Shown here one piece after another: positions 27,745 through 29,064 of a stretch of DNA of 29,064 nucleotides. How positions within the stretch are numbered: position 1 is the first letter of the stretch; the number at the start of each line of letters is the position of its first letter. Under the pieces are notes generated by a model that saw only the letters and a list, made by a program, of their open reading frames with translations, did not search any database and had not been told where the DNA came from. Position numbers and translations under genes: made by a program. Source of the DNA: Promethearchaeota archaeon (GTDB lineage Archaea; Asgardarchaeota; Lokiarchaeia; Sigyniarchaeales; SOKP01); assembly GCA_048941285.1 (NCBI GenBank), contig JBHLNS010000041.1, positions 1 to 29,064 on the forward strand, in the 5' to 3' direction.

Positions 27745-28365
27745 TTATTCTCCTAATTCTTTAATCTCTAAATATTTTTCTTTGGATCCATCCTTCGTGA
27801 TTGTCAAAATATCAATTCCATTACCAGTCATGGCATCACGACTGATTGAATTTCTAATTGCTTTTTCTACTAACTTCTCACCAGCAGCGATAGTCATATC
27901 TTTTTTAAACTCAGCTTCTAGTATACCTATCGAAAGTAACATACCTGTTCCGGCAGCTCCATAATCATCTTCCATAAGTGAACCAAGAGCATCAAGTGTA
28001 TATAATTTTGGTCCATCTTCATCCATTCCCGCTATAACTAGATTCGTATATAAAGGAGCCATTTTCCTCGAATATAAATAGTTGGACACTAATTTTCCCA
28101 TACTTCTCGTAGAAATTCTCTCACCTGTATCTAATTCATACAAGTTAGCTTGTGCACGAAGAATCCGAACTAGTATCTGAAAATCCCCAATTAGCCCATA
28201 ACAAGTTAATCCGATATAATCGGTTATCTTAAAGACTTTCTGGGTTGACTTATTAGTAACTGTATAACCCCAGGTCGCCCTACGGTCATTTCCGAGTACT
28301 ACACCATCTTTACATTTAATTGCTACACCAACAGCGCCGGGTACCATAATCTGCTGTTCTGACAT
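27745..28365 (-). CDS. psmB: 20S proteasome beta subunit, probably non-catalytic
   Basis: GVAIKCKDGVVLGNDRRAT, KVFKITDYIG, GLIGDFQ, LYTLDALGS, AAGTG, SRDAMTGNGID; Thr1 position occupied by Ala. Confidence 0.96.
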   Translation of the reverse strand: MSEQQIMVPGAVGVAIKCKDGVVLGNDRRATWGYTVTNKSTQKVFKITDYIGLTCYGLIGDFQILVRILRAQANLYELDTGERISTRSMGKLVSNYLYSRKMAPLYTNLVIAGMDEDGPKLYTLDALGSLMEDDYGAAGTGMLLSIGILEAEFKKDMTIAAGEKLVEKAIRNSISRDAMTGNGIDILTITKDGSKEKYLEIKELGE

Positions 28366-29064
28366 TTTAATCCTCTTAGAATCTCATTAAAGAATTATTA
28401 AGTTATATTTTGATATTATAAATAATCAGATTTAATTAAAATTTTTGTTTTAAATTATAAACTTTTACCATTAAACTCTAAAGATCAATGTTGTTTATTC
28501 CTAGGATAAATTTATTCTTTTTTAATATTTCAATTATTTCAATATTCTCTAGATTGTAATTAAATTTTCTTTCTTAATTTGATCATGACTAAATTGATAT
28601 GATCAGATAATTAATATTAAGTCATCTAATGAGGATTATTTTTTTCAATAAGAAATTTTATACTTCGTCATTACATCTCAATAAATCCTATCTTATGGAA
28701 GGTTTATACAAATTCAATATTAGAATAATTTTCATTCTATGAAAATTACTTCATCTTTTTCGAATGGTTGACCATTATATGATCACCTAAATGATGACAT
28801 CAACATTTATTGCGGATCACTTTTATCAACTATATAATTATTAATTCGCCACTAAGTCATAGCGAAACTAAGATAAAAGGCAAATTCATCAAATTTAATA
28901 TTTGTATAATGGTGATAATAACAAAAACATTTCATATCTTCACTTTGATCAACAGTACTATGATCATAGATGATGACCATTTTTTTGTAACAAAAATTTT
29001 TTGTCGTAAATTTTTTTTCATTTAACTCATGAGACTCTTCTGATTTGCCATAACATTTAAATAA

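Noticed and set aside
2093-27964. Short track ORFs overlapping larger genes (e.g. 2093, 3684, 6698, 7686, 7960, 9656, 10834, 12483, 12966, 15038, 16068, 16551, 17268, 19393, 21165, 21687, 22263, 24842, 26657, 27050, 27782)
   Set aside because: They lie antisense or out of frame to well-supported genes and show no motifs.
28810-29025. 71-aa plus-strand ORF at the window end
   Set aside because: TTG start, I/F-rich composition typical of antisense or random AT-rich DNA, no motif.
1-29064. CRISPR array, tRNA/rRNA, transposase or integrase
   Set aside because: No regularly spaced repeats, no GC-rich structured RNA segment and no mobile-element ORF seen by eye.

Overview
AT-rich, gene-dense archaeal window. 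The gene content (archaeal-type ProRS, TFB, proteasome beta subunit, two-domain gelsolin, stand-alone longin-like protein, RING-finger protein, EMC3/TMCO1-like insertase) points to an Asgard archaeon, most likely Lokiarchaeia; this is inferred, not searched. About 27 CDSs are supported, three of them missing from the ORF track: a partial enoyl-CoA hydratase, a 54-aa zinc ribbon and a 58-aa winged-helix protein. Metabolic genes include a PlsY-kinase fusion, a GlpA-like three-gene operon, LarA with an FAD/FeS dehydrogenase, an esterase and an aminotransferase. The best leads are: (1) a distinctive C-terminal zinc ribbon shared by the gelsolin and a small coiled-coil protein about 4 kb away, next to a long coiled-coil protein, possibly an undescribed actin-cytoskeleton adaptor module; (2) a proteasome beta subunit lacking Thr1 followed by a helical C4HC3-RING protein; (3) a PlsY fused to a CTP-dependent lipid-kinase-like domain, with altered motifs; (4) a tail-anchored protein with 11-residue amphipathic periodicity. 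I saw no rRNA, tRNA, CRISPR array or intact mobile element. All calls come from reading motifs by eye.
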